Below, in pieces: positions 39,187 to 49,512 of a stretch of DNA of 64,000 nt (within the stretch, counting starts at the first letter, position 1; the number at the start of each line of letters is the position of its first letter). Source of the stretch: Promethearchaeota archaeon. Its GTDB lineage: Archaea; Asgardarchaeota; Lokiarchaeia; Sigyniarchaeales; SOKP01. Below the pieces are notes generated by a model, which saw only the letters and a list, made by a program, of their open reading frames with translations, had not been told where the DNA came from and did not search any database. The stretch lies in assembly GCA_048940925.1 (NCBI GenBank), contig JBHLOC010000025.1:10907-74906 (forward strand), read 5' to 3'. Made by a program: the position numbers and the translations under genes.

Positions 39187-41025
39187 CTAAGCCTCCTCGC
39201 ATTGTTTAATTAATGTATCAATTTCAACATCAAATTTTTTGACAAAAATTCGTTGATATTCTATTGAAGTTTTTAATAATTCTTCATGAGTTCCTTTAGC
39301 AACAATTTCTCCATTTTTCAATACAATTATTAAATCAGCCCATCGAATTTGACTTAAACGATGTGTGATAAGAATTGTAGTTCGATTTTTAAGGATATTT
39401 CGAATAGCTCTCTGAATTTTATCCTCAGTATTAGAATCTATTGCTGAAGTAGAATCATCTAAAATTAAAATTTTAGGATCGACAAGAAAGGCACGAGCAA
39501 TAGCAATTCTTTGTCTTTCACCTCCACTTAATTGAACACCTCTCTCTCCAACTTCAGAATGATATTGGTTTGGTAAATTCGAGATAAACTCGTGTGCTTG
39601 CGCTTCTTTTGCCACTTTAATGACTTGTTCAATTGAGCCTGTATGACCAAATGAAATGTTTTCAAAAATGGTTGTAGAAAACAAAAATACTTCCTGATCT
39701 ACATAAGAAATTTGATTTCTTAACGATTTTAAGGCATACTCACGGATGTCAACATTATTAATCAGAATTCTGCCCTCATCAACATCATATAATCGTGAAA
39801 TTAATTTTGTCAAAGTTGTTTTACCTGATCCAGTAGTCCCTACTATTGCTAAAGTTTGACTAGGTTTAACTTCAAAACTTATATTCTTTAATACTGGTTT
39901 TTCACTTCCAGGATAACTAAAAGTCACATTTTCGAATTTAATAGCACCGTTAATTTCCTTTTTATAACCCTCAACATTTTCATCAATTTCTGTTTTTTTA
40001 TTCATTAATTCAAGTAACCTCTGAGCACTTGAAACTGCTAGTCTTATGATTGCAAAAACAAAAATAGATATTGATGTAGGGAAACGTAATAATGCTAATA
40101 GACCTAAATAACCAATTATTTGTCCAATATTCATCAGACCCATAAAATTAAGGATTATAGCATGTAAGAGACCACCAGTGATAGTCAAGGCTAAAATTAG
40201 TAATGGAAGATATTTGGCTTCAATATCTCCTTCTTCAACATATGCATTTCTATAATTATTAGCATCATCAAAATATTTTTGACTTTCTTTAGTTTCTTGG
40301 GCTGTTGCTTTAACAACTTCAATTCCAGTTAATGTTTCATTCAATGTTGCATTCATCATCCCATAAAAACCACGTAATTTCCCAGTAACTGGCCCAATTT
40401 TTCTGATATATGATCTTAGAGAAATAATAAATAAAATAGAAAAAATTAATGGAGCTAAAATTAACTGTGAAGGATAAAAAGCGATAATATAGAAAATAGG
40501 AATTATTAACGAGGTGAAGGACTCAAATATTAGGGAGATTGCGGGACTAATCAAAAAATTCATTGTTCGAACATCATCAGTTGCACGTGCCATCAATTCT
40601 CCAATTTTTTGTTGGTCATGAAATGATTGGCTTTTACCAAGGAGATTAGAATAGAATTCTCTTCTACAATCTCTTTCTAATCTTTGTGCTATAACTTCAC
40701 GTAGCATATAATTAGTTAGGCGCAATATAGGAGTCCCTATACTTAATAATAATATGAAAATTGTGTAGAATAGTAAACTTGATTGTTTTCCAGTTAAAAA
40801 GTCTGTAATTGCATTTCCAATAATAACTAAAATTGCAGATGATAAATTGGCTGTAAGAATAGTGGTAAATAATACAATAATTATAAATGTTTTATTAGAT
40901 CCATGAAAAATATGAGATAATATCCATCTTCTTGAACCTTTCTGTCTTGCTTTTTCAAAAGGATCTTTTCCTGGTCTAAATTCTACATAATTAGCAGTGA
41001 TCTGATTTGCTCTTGTACCCTGCAT
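39187..41025 (-). CDS. ABC exporter half-transporter (TMD+NBD), MdlA-like, degenerate Walker B
   Basis: GTTGSGKT, LSGGERQ and ILDDST. Heterodimer partner of the adjacent gene. Confidence 0.92.
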   Translation of the reverse strand: MQGTRANQITANYVEFRPGKDPFEKARQKGSRRWILSHIFHGSNKTFIIIVLFTTILTANLSSAILVIIGNAITDFLTGKQSSLLFYTIFILLLSIGTPILRLTNYMLREVIAQRLERDCRREFYSNLLGKSQSFHDQQKIGELMARATDDVRTMNFLISPAISLIFESFTSLIIPIFYIIAFYPSQLILAPLIFSILFIISLRSYIRKIGPVTGKLRGFYGMMNATLNETLTGIEVVKATAQETKESQKYFDDANNYRNAYVEEGDIEAKYLPLLILALTITGGLLHAIILNFMGLMNIGQIIGYLGLLALLRFPTSISIFVFAIIRLAVSSAQRLLELMNKKTEIDENVEGYKKEINGAIKFENVTFSYPGSEKPVLKNISFEVKPSQTLAIVGTTGSGKTTLTKLISRLYDVDEGRILINNVDIREYALKSLRNQISYVDQEVFLFSTTIFENISFGHTGSIEQVIKVAKEAQAHEFISNLPNQYHSEVGERGVQLSGGERQRIAIARAFLVDPKILILDDSTSAIDSNTEDKIQRAIRNILKNRTTILITHRLSQIRWADLIIVLKNGEIVAKGTHEELLKTSIEYQRIFVKKFDVEIDTLIKQCEEA

Positions 41026-41207
41026 ATTTTTATAATTATAATGGTAGGAAATTATTTCTCAAGTTATTTTGTTGAAGTACTTTATAGTTAATAGATTTGT
41101 TACCTTCAAAATATAAATTATTAATATAATTATTTCAATAAGGAGAGGATGGTTTTTTTTAAAAGATTATTTATAAATTTAAAATTAATGAGGAAAAGTT
41201 GATATAA

Positions 41208-41705
41208 ATGATAGATATTACTATTAGAAAAGCTCAAGGGGAGGATGCTGAAGAAATATCAAATATTTGGAAAGTTATATGTGCTGAGAGGAAATATTCT
41301 GCTGTAAACTATCCTTTCACACCTGAACAAGAAAAAGATTATATACTTTCTTTATCTGAACGTGAAATCATTTTTAAAGCCGAAACAAAAGATCAAATTA
41401 TTGGTTTCCAATCATTAGACAAATGGGCAAATTATACAGATTCATTTGATCACGTTGGAACAATTGGAACTTTTATTCTTCCTAAATGGCGAGGATATGG
41501 AATTGGAAGAGAATTAGCTATTAAAACGTTTCAGTTTGCCCGCAAACATGAATATGAAAAACTTGTTATATATGTCCGAGCAAAAAATACAGGTGCGATA
41601 GAATTTTATAAAAATCTAGGTTTTATCCAAAAAGGTGTGCTTTCAAAACAAGTCAAAATTGATGGTATTTATGAAGATGAGATTTTTATGGAATTTTTTC
41701 TATAG
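41208..41705 (+). CDS. GNAT family N-acetyltransferase
   Basis: RGYGIG acetyl-CoA motif and NTGAIEFYKNLGF. Confidence 0.88.
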   Translation: MIDITIRKAQGEDAEEISNIWKVICAERKYSAVNYPFTPEQEKDYILSLSEREIIFKAETKDQIIGFQSLDKWANYTDSFDHVGTIGTFILPKWRGYGIGRELAIKTFQFARKHEYEKLVIYVRAKNTGAIEFYKNLGFIQKGVLSKQVKIDGIYEDEIFMEFFL

Positions 41706-41800
41706 ACTTTTCACTCAATACTTATTAACCCATTAATAAGAAAGAATGGTTACATTTTGTTAAGGAACAATTTAAATATAATAACTTTCATTAAATAATT

Positions 41801-41956
41801 GTGTCGGAAAGAGAAATTGCTTATGATTTAAGATTGGAAGATCAATTAGAGGAAGTAAAGTTAAAAATATGGATGAATGAAGAATTACAAATTCAACCAA
41901 AACATTATCATCACTCAATTAAGAAAAATTTCCTAAAATTTTTAAATAGATTTTAG
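41801..41956 (+). CDS. Small hypothetical protein (51 aa), possibly leaderless
   Basis: MSEREIAYDLRLEDQLEEVKLKIWMNEELQIQPKHYHHSIKKNFLKFLNRF. TTTAAATA box at 41771, about 25 bp upstream; T-rich tract downstream. Confidence 0.45.
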   Translation: MSEREIAYDLRLEDQLEEVKLKIWMNEELQIQPKHYHHSIKKNFLKFLNRF

Positions 41957-42039
41957 CTCTGTTTTTATTTTTCCTTCTTTTTACGATTTAAAATAGAGTT
42001 AGTTGTTTATGAATTTTTATTGTTTATCAATTAATATGC

Positions 42040-42324
42040 TTAAAAGGGATAATTCTTTTTGGTACTTATAAGAGTTGTGGTTGCTTCTATCCATTGAGAT
42101 AATTGTTCTTCAGTTCGGCAAAAACTAACTAGTTTATCTAAATCCTCAAGATTCTTAAATTTACATTCAACTATTAAATCCCACGCACCATATAGAGGTG
42201 TTGAATAAGTTACTTGCCAATTTTCACCCGGATTACTGGATTTTAAATTTTTTAATTTCTCAATCACTTTCCATTGAGCACTAATGATTTTCATTCTGAA
42301 TAAGATATATCCCCGATAATAAAT
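42040..42324 (-). CDS. Stand-alone Lrp/AsnC ligand-binding (RAM)-like domain protein
   Basis: TPLYGAWDLIVEC..NLEDL..IEATTTL. The first strand YYRGYILF lies upstream of ATG 42294; an in-frame ATT at 42324 follows an AGGTG SD. Confidence 0.65.
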   Translation of the reverse strand: MYYRGYILFRMKIISAQWKVIEKLKNLKSSNPGENWQVTYSTPLYGAWDLIVECKFKNLEDLDKLVSFCRTEEQLSQWIEATTTLISTKKNYPF

Positions 42325-42369
42325 TTTACAACACCTAATATGTGAATAATCTAGACAAATTATTATTTT

Positions 42370-45300
42370 TTACCAATAAACTTCTTTCAAAGAGTTATGG
42401 TATTCATTTAGAGATTTAATTTCTACTTTTTTGGTACGTATTTTTTCAATTGCATCTATAATTGCTTCAGCTAATTGTAAATTAATAATGACGGGAATAT
42501 TATAATCCACAGCCATTCTTCTAATTTTATATTCATCATCCATAATAATTTTAAATTTTTCTTCTACAGTAGTTGGTAAGGGAATATTTATAACCATATC
42601 AATACTCCCATCTTGTAAACATTGTAAGATATTTGGCTCCATCCCATATTCATGTACTTTATAAAGCTTTACAGCTTTAATACCGTTGTTTTTAAGAGCT
42701 ATAGCAGTATCTTCTGTAGCGAAAATCGAAAATCCTAATTTCTTTAACTTACAGGCCAAAGGTATGACTTTTTTCTTTAATTCTGCTCCACCGACGGAGA
42801 TTAAAATATTTCCTCCATCAATTGGAATGTATTGTTCTGCAGCATCTAATGCTTTGATTAAAGCGTCGGGAAAATTTTCACCAATACATGCTACTTCACC
42901 CGTACTTGCCATTTCTACGCCTAAAACAGGATCTGCTTTATCTAATCTCATAAATGAAAACATTGGTGCTTTAATTGAAACATAATTACCATATGGTAAA
43001 TCCATTAATCTTTTCGGTATTGTTTTACCCATAAATACTTCCGCAGCAAGCCTCATTAAATTTATACCCCTTGTTTTGGAAACATAGGGCATACTTCGGC
43101 TGGATCTGAGATTGCATTCAATTACATAAACTTCACTATCTTTAACAAGGTATTGGACATTAAAAGGACCTTGTATTTTCAATGCTAATGCTATTTTTTT
43201 TGTGTATTCCTCAATTGTCTTTATCACTTTATTTGATACTGTATAATACCCAATTGACATCGTTGCATCCCCTGAATGAATTCCAGCGTTTTCAATATGT
43301 TCCACTACTGCTCCAATAAATACATTCTCACCATCACACACACCATCACATTCCACTTCTCTGGAGTCTGTGAAAAATTTTGTAATGACTACAGGAAACT
43401 CTTTTGAAATTGATACAGCTAAATCAAAAGTGTCTCTTAACGTTTTTTCATCATATGAAACCCGCATTGCCGCGCCACTTAGGACATAAGAGGGCCTTAC
43501 TAAAACAGGATATTCAACATTTTTAGCGAATTTTAAAGCATCTTCTTTGTTAGTTAGTACGCTCCATCGAGGTTGCTTAATATCAAGCTGATCTAGCAAA
43601 GAACTGAATTTTGAGCGGTCTTCTGCCATATCTATTCTGCTACCATGGGTTCCAAATATATTTAAATTAACTTTCCGGAAAAACTCAGAATATTTAGAAA
43701 ATTTTGTTGCAAGATTTTGGGCAATCTGGCCCCCAACAGAAACAACGATACCATCTGCTTTTTCAAATTCGCAAATATCTAAGATTCTTTCACCAGAAAT
43801 TTCTTCGAAGTAGAGCTTATGGGCAGTTTCTGTATCAGTACTTACTGTTTCAGGATTATAATTGACCATAATTGTTTGATCAACTCCTTGTTTTTTGATT
43901 CCCCAAAGACAGTTAACTGAACCCCAATCAAATTCTACCGAAGATCCAATACGATAAGTTCCAGATCCTAAAATTATAATTTTTTTAAGATTAGCTTTTT
44001 TTTCATTTTCAAAATTAATATCATGTTCTGAAGCACTGTAAGTCAAATAAAGATAATTTGTAATAGCTGGCCATTCTGCTGCTAATGTATCAATTCGTTT
44101 AACATAGGGATGAATATTTAATCGTCTTCTCATTTGTCTGATATATATTGTGTCAACTCCCATTATTTTTGCTATTTGTCCGTCAGAAAAACCAAATCTT
44201 TTTGCTCTTTCTAGCCAATATTTTTTTTCAGTATCAGAAGTGTCTAATAAATCAAGGTTTTGTAGTTGATATTCTATTTTAATGATGTTTTTCAATTTGT
44301 ATAAAAACCATTTGTCCACTCTTGATAAATTATAGATCTCATCAATAGTGATACCTCGTTTTATTGCTTCAGCAAGTCTGAACACTCTTAGATCTGTTGG
44401 ATTTCTTAAAGCATACTTCAATTCATTGATATCATCAATTGGTTTTAAATCATTTGCTACTAAGCCTTTCATACCAATATCAAGCATTCTAATAGCTTTT
44501 TGCAGGACTTCTTCAAATGTCCTTCCAATTGCCATGACTTCGCCTACACTTTTCATCTGGGAGCCTATTCTTCGGTCTACCTTTTGAAATTTCGTAAGAT
44601 CCCATCTCGGAATTTTAAGCACTATGTAATCTAATGCAGGTTCAAAACAAGCAGTAGTAATTCCGGTGATCTTATTTTTTAGTTCCGGTAAAGTGAATCC
44701 TATTGCTAATTTAGCTGCTATATATGCTAAGGGATAACCTGTTGCTTTTGATGCTAATGCTGATGATCTTGAAAGTCGAGCATTTACTTCTATTGCACGG
44801 AACTGTTTTGAAAAAGGATCTAAGCCATATTGAATATTACATTCTCCAATAATACCCAAATTTCTTATAACTCTAATAGAAGCTGATCGGAGCATTTGGT
44901 ATTCCTCATTTGTGAGAGTTTGGCTCGGGCTTACGACCAATGATTCACCAGTATGAAGTCCTACTGGATCAAAGTTTTCCATATTGCAGTTAATAAAACA
45001 GTTATCTTTAGAATCTCGTACCACCTCATATTCAATCTCTTTCCATCCCCATATACTTTCCTCAATTAGAATTTGATTAATTCTTGATTGAGCTAAAGCT
45101 TTTTTTGCCTTTCTTTCGAATTCTTTCATATTATTAACTATACCTGATCCTCTTCCACCTAATGTATATGCCACTCGTATCATACAAGGAAAACCAATCT
45201 CTTTTACAGCTTTTAAAGCTTCAATATATGAATTTACCGCTTGACTCTTACAAACTTTCACATTGGATTTTTCCATTGCTTTAACAAAAAGATTTCTATC

Positions 45301-45681
45301 CTCAGTTGCTTCAATTGCTTCAATAGGGGTTCCCAATACTCTTACATTATATTTTTTAAGAATTCCTTTTTCGTTTAGTTCAACACCTACATTTAAAGCC
45401 GTTTGACCTCCAAAAGCTAATAAAATTCCGTCTGGATTTTCTTTTTTAATTACTTTCTCCACATATTCTATGTTAATAGGTAATAAGTATACTTTATCTG
45501 AGAGTTCTGGATCAGTCTGAATGGTAGCTATATTTGGATTAATTAAAATAGTTTCTATTCCTTCTTCTTTAAGAGCTTTTAATACTTGACTTCCAGAGTA
45601 ATCAAATTCTCCAGCTTGACCAATACGGATTCCTCCAGATCCGAGAACCAATGCTTTTCTAATACTTTTATCCAATGGCAT
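42370..45681 (-). CDS. carB: Carbamoyl-phosphate synthase large subunit
   Basis: GSGGIRIGQAGEFDYSG, two ATP-grasp domains and a C-terminal MGS domain. Confidence 0.97.
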   Translation of the reverse strand: MPLDKSIRKALVLGSGGIRIGQAGEFDYSGSQVLKALKEEGIETILINPNIATIQTDPELSDKVYLLPINIEYVEKVIKKENPDGILLAFGGQTALNVGVELNEKGILKKYNVRVLGTPIEAIEATEDRNLFVKAMEKSNVKVCKSQAVNSYIEALKAVKEIGFPCMIRVAYTLGGRGSGIVNNMKEFERKAKKALAQSRINQILIEESIWGWKEIEYEVVRDSKDNCFINCNMENFDPVGLHTGESLVVSPSQTLTNEEYQMLRSASIRVIRNLGIIGECNIQYGLDPFSKQFRAIEVNARLSRSSALASKATGYPLAYIAAKLAIGFTLPELKNKITGITTACFEPALDYIVLKIPRWDLTKFQKVDRRIGSQMKSVGEVMAIGRTFEEVLQKAIRMLDIGMKGLVANDLKPIDDINELKYALRNPTDLRVFRLAEAIKRGITIDEIYNLSRVDKWFLYKLKNIIKIEYQLQNLDLLDTSDTEKKYWLERAKRFGFSDGQIAKIMGVDTIYIRQMRRRLNIHPYVKRIDTLAAEWPAITNYLYLTYSASEHDINFENEKKANLKKIIILGSGTYRIGSSVEFDWGSVNCLWGIKKQGVDQTIMVNYNPETVSTDTETAHKLYFEEISGERILDICEFEKADGIVVSVGGQIAQNLATKFSKYSEFFRKVNLNIFGTHGSRIDMAEDRSKFSSLLDQLDIKQPRWSVLTNKEDALKFAKNVEYPVLVRPSYVLSGAAMRVSYDEKTLRDTFDLAVSISKEFPVVITKFFTDSREVECDGVCDGENVFIGAVVEHIENAGIHSGDATMSIGYYTVSNKVIKTIEEYTKKIALALKIQGPFNVQYLVKDSEVYVIECNLRSSRSMPYVSKTRGINLMRLAAEVFMGKTIPKRLMDLPYGNYVSIKAPMFSFMRLDKADPVLGVEMASTGEVACIGENFPDALIKALDAAEQYIPIDGGNILISVGGAELKKKVIPLACKLKKLGFSIFATEDTAIALKNNGIKAVKLYKVHEYGMEPNILQCLQDGSIDMVINIPLPTTVEEKFKIIMDDEYKIRRMAVDYNIPVIINLQLAEAIIDAIEKIRTKKVEIKSLNEYHNSLKEVYW

Positions 45682-45685
45682 AAAA

Positions 45686-46819
45686 CTATAGCTCCATAAG
45701 TTCTATAAATTTATCGAAGAGGTATAACGAATCTAATGGTCCTGGTGATGCTTCTGGATGAAATTGAACCGCTAGAAGGGGTTTATTTTCATGTATTAAG
45801 CCTTCATTTGTTTGATCATCGACATTTTTTAGATATTCTTTAAAGCCATTCTTTTCAAAGTCTTTAACACAAAAACCATGATTTTGTGATGTTATATAAC
45901 ATTGGTTAGTTTCAGGATTTATAACCGTCTTATTTCCACCTCTGTGTCCATACTTCAATTTGTACTTATACCCTCCAGCAGCTATTCCAAGAATTTGATT
46001 TCCTAAACAAATGCCAAATGTTGGAATATTATTTTTAATTAGTTGTTTACAAACTTTAATTGCACTTATACACATATCAGGATCTCCTGGTCCATTTGAG
46101 ATGAAAACACCATCAGGGTTATAACTCATAATCTTCTCATAACTATAATTATAAGGCGTTAGAATAATTTCTAACCCTCGTTTTATGAAATTTCTCAAGA
46201 TATTGAATTTTACACCACAATCTAACACTACAATTCGCCCTTTTGGATTTGGTGGAAAGAAAATTTTAACTTCTTTAGTCGAAACTTCACTTACTAAGTG
46301 TCTGAGATTAGGATCTTCTGCTTTTTTGACAATTTTTTTTAATTCCTCTACATTTGGTCTTTCTTCTGATTCGTAAATAGCTAATAGACAAACTTGAACA
46401 CCTTCTTCTCTTAAAATTTTAGTAATAGCACGAGTATCGACCCACTCAATCCCAGGAACTCCTTCCTCACAAAGGAAATCATGTAAAGTTTTTTTGCTTT
46501 CATAATGACTTGGTTGTTTACAACATTCATTTACTACGAATCCGGTCACTTTTATAGAATCTGACTCAAAATACTTAGTAATTCCATATTCATCTTTTTC
46601 CCATGGAGGAACTCCATAATTTCCTACTAATGGATGTGTCAGTACTACTATCTGCCCTTGATATGATGGATCGGTTAAAGTCTCATTATAACCAGCTCCC
46701 GTCATTGTGTTAAAAACAAGTTCTCCCGTTACTATTTTTGTCGCTCCAAAACCAATCCCTTGAAAATATCGACCATCTTGAAGCATTAATATAGCAGGTC
46801 TTTCTTTCTTATAGAGCAT
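45686..46819 (-). CDS. carA: Carbamoyl-phosphate synthase small subunit
   Basis: LTDPSYQGQ, SNGPGDP, GICLG, SQNHG and QFHPEASPGP. Confidence 0.97.
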   Translation of the reverse strand: MLYKKERPAILMLQDGRYFQGIGFGATKIVTGELVFNTMTGAGYNETLTDPSYQGQIVVLTHPLVGNYGVPPWEKDEYGITKYFESDSIKVTGFVVNECCKQPSHYESKKTLHDFLCEEGVPGIEWVDTRAITKILREEGVQVCLLAIYESEERPNVEELKKIVKKAEDPNLRHLVSEVSTKEVKIFFPPNPKGRIVVLDCGVKFNILRNFIKRGLEIILTPYNYSYEKIMSYNPDGVFISNGPGDPDMCISAIKVCKQLIKNNIPTFGICLGNQILGIAAGGYKYKLKYGHRGGNKTVINPETNQCYITSQNHGFCVKDFEKNGFKEYLKNVDDQTNEGLIHENKPLLAVQFHPEASPGPLDSLYLFDKFIELMEL

Positions 46820-46965
46820 TTATAAAATTTTCATGAACATCTTTATTTATCTTAAAATAAAGGTAACTAATTTTTTTTTTAAGATTGTTTATTAACGAGT
46901 TAAATATAAAAAGTTAAATTGAGAAATTTTGATGAATCTTGATTAAATTGTCTGTATTAATCCAC

Positions 46966-48027
46966 TTAAATTCTTTTAGTGTCAAGAAATTCCTCTTTAA
47001 AGGCAAGTAAAAATTCTGTAAGGGTTGATTCAATAGCTTTAATTATAGTTTCCAATTCCAAATCATCAAAACTATTCCACCATGAATACCTGTAACTATC
47101 CATAACTTCTAATTCTTTAGGATTTTTCATGGTTATTATTTCATTTTCAAGTAAAAAAGATGGATCTAATAAGTTAGTATCACCATCTTCAAGTCGTCGC
47201 TGATTTTGGAGCATACACTCAAGTAAATCATCATAAAATAATAAGGGTATATACTTTAATTCCTTTGATTTCATTTGAGTTCCCAATTTAATCCGCTCAT
47301 CTTCTTGTCTTGAAAATCCCTTCTCCCTAAGATCGAAAATTTCAATATCTATTAACTCTGGATGATATTGAGTCTCATTAACTTTTTTGAATTTTTTATA
47401 ATAAGTAAAATCTTTTACCTTGTAAAGGTTTACACTCTCTTGTTTACCTTTTATCTCTATAAGCATAGAATTTTCTTCCATTCTCTTTCTACATACATCT
47501 GCTACAATTTGACAATAATTTTTGGCGGCATCTATAAGATCTTCCTCAAGAATTTTAGCTTTTATAATTGTATGTAAATAAGCTCTCGAAAAAGCAGAAA
47601 AGTCTTCTTCTAGACGGAATAAATTTCCATAAAGAAATTTTGTCGAATTCCACCATCTTAAAGCTCTTTCTAATGTGAAATGGACAGAAAATTTCTCACG
47701 AGACCGAATTTCTGTGAAATACAGTAACTTTTCTACTCCATACTGTAGAAAAGGTGCAGGATTGATCACAGCGGTCTTATCGTCGGTGAGAGCAAATGAT
47801 ATTGGTTCTCGAGGTCGAATTAGAATCGATTTTTCACCATTAAAAACACGATCAACACGCATCGGTAATGGCATGATTGGATTACTCTTTATATTCTCTA
47901 TGAGATGGAGTAAATGTGGATTTTTTTCATTAATATATTCTGGTGGAAAGATATCAATGAAAAAGAAAAACGGAGCCGCATCATACTTAAATGTCTTAAA
48001 TTTATTAATTGGTCTTATAGTAATCAC
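46966..48027 (-). CDS. Hypothetical protein, first gene of the run preceding carAB
   Basis: 353-aa ORF with normal composition. No recognisable motif. Confidence 0.7.
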   Translation of the reverse strand: MITIRPINKFKTFKYDAAPFFFFIDIFPPEYINEKNPHLLHLIENIKSNPIMPLPMRVDRVFNGEKSILIRPREPISFALTDDKTAVINPAPFLQYGVEKLLYFTEIRSREKFSVHFTLERALRWWNSTKFLYGNLFRLEEDFSAFSRAYLHTIIKAKILEEDLIDAAKNYCQIVADVCRKRMEENSMLIEIKGKQESVNLYKVKDFTYYKKFKKVNETQYHPELIDIEIFDLREKGFSRQEDERIKLGTQMKSKELKYIPLLFYDDLLECMLQNQRRLEDGDTNLLDPSFLLENEIITMKNPKELEVMDSYRYSWWNSFDDLELETIIKAIESTLTEFLLAFKEEFLDTKRI

Positions 48028-48285
48028 TAAAAAATTTTTAATTTACATCTTTGTAATTTATACTCTAAAATACAATAAGAGAAAACTTTAATGATATCTT
48101 AAGTTAATGATTTTAATTTGTTAATTTCAAGAAAACTTAACAGATTAGAGAACTTATTCGGTAATACAACGATTAGTCTGAAAGAATAAATTGAGAATCT
48201 TCTTCTAACTAAGATGCTGTTTGTGTAGAATTCACATAGACTCATTACCTTATTCTAAAATAATAAAAAAAATAGAAAAAAGAAA

Positions 48286-49452
48286 TTACTTCATATCTAC
48301 AAATTTCCCGTTCTTAAACAATTCACATGGTTTAAGATATTCACTACCAATTTTTTCGGCGAATTCTTCTAATACTTTAACGAGTTCCTCCCAATTTGGA
48401 ATACCAATTTCAAAAGGCCCGGGAGCATTCGTACCAGCCATAGCAGCATCATCAATGATTTTCCAACCAGAAACAATACCTTCTTCTAATATTCGACATC
48501 CTTCATTTAGACGAATAGCAAGACGAATTCTAAGGTCAACCAATCCAGCTTTTTTGATTTTAGAGAAATCTGGTTGCGGTCTTCCCTTGGACCAATCATA
48601 AAACCCTTGTCCTGCCTTTCTACCCCATTTACCATCTTTATACATTTGTGCTATTACCTTTCCGGGTTTAAAATCTTCGTGTAATGTTTTGGCATAGTAA
48701 TTTCGTATATGATATCCTGTATCAAGACCAGTGTAATCAGCTAACACTAAAGGTGACATAGGTCCTCTACTCCCGAAATCCGCATCTAAAGATTCAAAAG
48801 GTATTCCTTTTTCTAAGCAAGTGTCAAGAAGATAATTCATATAGATACCACCTGGAGCATTTAACCTATTCACAATAAATCCTGGACGATCCTTCAAGAC
48901 TTTAGCTACATATCTGTCTCCTCTAAGACAAGGTAAACTCTCACTAACTTTCATACCAATATTCATTGAATCTTCAGAAGCTTTTTCACCAGCAATAACC
49001 TCTATTAATCTCATTAATGGTGCCGGATTAAAAAAATGCATCCCAATGCATTTGTCTTCTCTATTCGTAGCAGTTGCCATTTCAGTTATAGACATAGTTG
49101 ATGTATTTGAAGCAATTACAGTATGAGGAGGAGCATTTTCATCACAAGCTTTGAAGATTTTTTTCTTAACATCCATATCCTCAACAACTGCTTCTATGAT
49201 TAAATCAGCATCTTTTATAGCAGAAGCTAAATCTAAACTTGTTTTCATTCGTGCCATATTTTCGGCTGCATTTAATACTCCTTTAGATTCAAGTTTGTTT
49301 AAGCCACCTTCTATACTAGCGACAGCTTTATCAATTATTTCTTGTGAGATATCTACAAGAGTTGTATTATATCCTGCCATTAATGAGATCTGAGCAATTC
49401 CATTTCCCATTAATCCAACACCGATTACCACGATGTTTTTAACATCTACCAT
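48286..49452 (-). CDS. 3-hydroxyacyl-CoA dehydrogenase (with duplicated C-terminal domain)
   Basis: GVGLMGNGIA, EAVVE, SNTST, GMHFFNP, PGFIVNR and G.KAGQGFY. Confidence 0.92.
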   Translation of the reverse strand: MVDVKNIVVIGVGLMGNGIAQISLMAGYNTTLVDISQEIIDKAVASIEGGLNKLESKGVLNAAENMARMKTSLDLASAIKDADLIIEAVVEDMDVKKKIFKACDENAPPHTVIASNTSTMSITEMATATNREDKCIGMHFFNPAPLMRLIEVIAGEKASEDSMNIGMKVSESLPCLRGDRYVAKVLKDRPGFIVNRLNAPGGIYMNYLLDTCLEKGIPFESLDADFGSRGPMSPLVLADYTGLDTGYHIRNYYAKTLHEDFKPGKVIAQMYKDGKWGRKAGQGFYDWSKGRPQPDFSKIKKAGLVDLRIRLAIRLNEGCRILEEGIVSGWKIIDDAAMAGTNAPGPFEIGIPNWEELVKVLEEFAEKIGSEYLKPCELFKNGKFVDMK

Positions 49453-49512
49453 TTTATTTTAACACCTATACTTTTAAATAAATATAAAACTTTAAAGGTT
49501 TAGTATTTATGC

